A stretch of DNA of 64,000 nt, from positions 36,890,001 through 36,954,000 of the forward strand of contig OX597823.1 in assembly GCA_951406725.2 (NCBI GenBank), given 5' to 3'. Source of the stretch: Octopus vulgaris. Its lineage: Eukaryota. Positions within the stretch are counted from its first letter, which is position 1, and each line of letters opens with the position of its first letter. Positions 62,227 through 64,000 of this stretch are shown here, in pieces. Under the pieces are notes generated by a model. That model saw nothing but the letters and a program-made list of their open reading frames with translations. It was not told the DNA's origin and searched no databases. A program made the position numbers and the translations under genes.

Positions 62227-63342
62227 AGAAAAGAAAGTTTGTTTGTGAAAGCACGTGGGTGAATATATAAGAAAATAGTAAAGAGTGAAAAAACAGACAT
62301 TACCCAGCTCAACTCATAGAGGATGGGATCAGACGTGCAACAGAAATCAACATAGAAACTTTAAGAAAAGTTCAACACAACAACACACCTTCCCCGAAAA
62401 TACTACCTTACATATCTACATACAACCCCAGAAACAAAGAAGCTTTCACCATCATCACCCAGAATTTACCAATACTTCATAAAAACTCCAAATTAAAGGA
62501 AATTCTAAACATACGCCAAATCATTAAAAGCTACAAACAGCCTAAATCACTTAAAAAGATTCTCACAAAGGCAAAATTATCTTCTGAAATTACGGATGCA
62601 AAAGTAAAAAAATGTGGTAGATCGAACTGTGCAACATGTCCTAACCTACTAGAAGGATCAGAATTCTTCTTTAAAGAGGGACAGAAATTCAAGATCAAAT
62701 CTAACTTTACTTGTGCCTCTGAAAACATAATTTATGTCATAAAATGCTCGGGCTGCCACCAAGACTACGTGGGGTCCACGGGACTATCACTCAGACGTAG
62801 ATGCACACTGCATCGACAACAGCTTGCATTCCCAGAATATAGAATGATACCTTTTAGTGAGCACATTGAGAAATGCGCAAAGCAACTACTACCACAATTT
62901 TTAATCTTTCCATTTTACCAATGTGCTTTCGGATCATCAACACAAATTAGACTAAACAAGGAAACATTCTTCATTGAAAAGTACAAACCCAGACTCAACT
63001 ATCCAAACATAATAATACAGAGAAATTCACACTAAGAGAAAAAGGAAAAAAAAATTTTTAAGCGATTATCTCCCTTACACCAGAAGAAATCACGCACTAC
63101 CTTCCCTTATTTAGAACTCTCCGTAGCAAAAAAACAAGGATAACGCTATTAAAGATAAACATTACGTCGCAAGAAATTTGAAGAGCTAAATGCGAAACCG
63201 GTCTTTCTTTAAAAATTATAAAATCATGTCATTATAAGAAGGGAAAAAAAAATTTTTCCAATATTCTCCAGACATATTGACGCAAATATATATATTCCTT
63301 AACATTTAAGCCTTCTGTCGTTTTTTCACTCTTTATTATTTT

Positions 63343-63346
<4 letters not shown>
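62227..63346 (+). mobile_element. 5'-truncated Penelope-like element with inverted tail at its 5' side
   Basis: Contains a GIY-YIG ORF. 62227-62297 is the reverse complement of the 3' terminus plus tail. HHR-like motif at 63171-63209. Confidence 0.9.
62298..63035 (+). pseudogene. PLE C-terminal fragment: linker + GIY-YIG endonuclease (open frame, no start)
   Basis: YPAQLIEDGI...KCGRSNCATC...FTCASENIIYVIKCSGCHQDYVGSTGLSLRRRCTLHR...ETFFIEKYKPRLN. Confidence 0.9.
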
Positions 63347-63415
<69 letters not shown>

Positions 63416-63416
63416 G

Positions 63417-63478
<62 letters not shown>

Positions 63479-63524
63479 TATATATGTATGTATGTATATG
63501 TATGTATGTATGTATATATATATG

Positions 63525-63563
<39 letters not shown>

Positions 63564-63581
63564 GTATATATATATGTATGT

Positions 63582-63617
<36 letters not shown>

Positions 63618-63672
63618 GCATGTATGTATATGTATGTATGTATATGTATGTATGTATATATATGTATGTATG

Positions 63673-63705
<33 letters not shown>

Positions 63706-63713
63706 GTATGTAC

Positions 63714-63764
<51 letters not shown>

Positions 63765-63768
63765 TATG

Positions 63769-63817
<49 letters not shown>

Positions 63818-63831
63818 GTATATATATATAT
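63347..63831. repeat. Long compound (TA)/(TATG) microsatellite
   Basis: Direct reading of the sequence. Confidence 0.95.
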
Positions 63832-64000
63832 AAGTTGACATGGCCCGCAGAATGTGTTCCTGGATTCTCAGAACTTTCCAGTCGAGAGATATCCACACCC
63901 GACCCCACCTTGCCCGACCCCACCTTGAATACTGTTGTCCACTGTGGTCTCCCCACACAATACAAGGTATCATAAAAGTTGAAGCACCTCAAAGGGCAAT
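63832..64000 (+). mobile_element. Third copy of the young LINE (runs off the window)
   Basis: Matches 39580 onward, with a local 15-bp duplication/deletion. Confidence 0.92.

Overview
This is AT-rich, microsatellite-saturated eukaryotic DNA. It is most likely an Octopus/cephalopod intergenic or intronic region, inferred from recognising the tRNA-derived SINE families. I found no host protein-coding gene I can support, and almost all ORFs in the track are microsatellite translations. The window is a mosaic of mobile DNA: (1) a young APE-RT LINE of the CR1/L2 group in three near-identical copies, all at (TA)n tracts, one with an intact ~1010-codon ORF; (2) Penelope-like GIY-YIG elements (PLEs); (3) R4/Dong-like, Hero-like, Tx1-like and RTE LINE remnants; (4) Tc1/mariner and hAT remnants; (5) non-autonomous Helitrons; (6) several SINEs. 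The main discovery is a non-coding 533-bp tandem array (13889-17220) folded into a head-to-head palindrome. It carries six copies of a type I hammerhead ribozyme (HHR): CUGACGA / long stem II / GAAAC-AAUU-GUC. This matches the architecture of a non-LTR retrozyme, an element that makes circular RNA. A related HHR element sits in a fold-back at 40868-41410. At least eight more HHR-like motifs occur in PLE ends and small (TA)n-flanked elements, some showing apparent compensatory changes in the C3-G8 catalytic pair. These elements share a two-terminus fold-back architecture suggestive of twin priming by a PLE reverse transcriptase. All ribozyme folds were read by eye and have not been tested.
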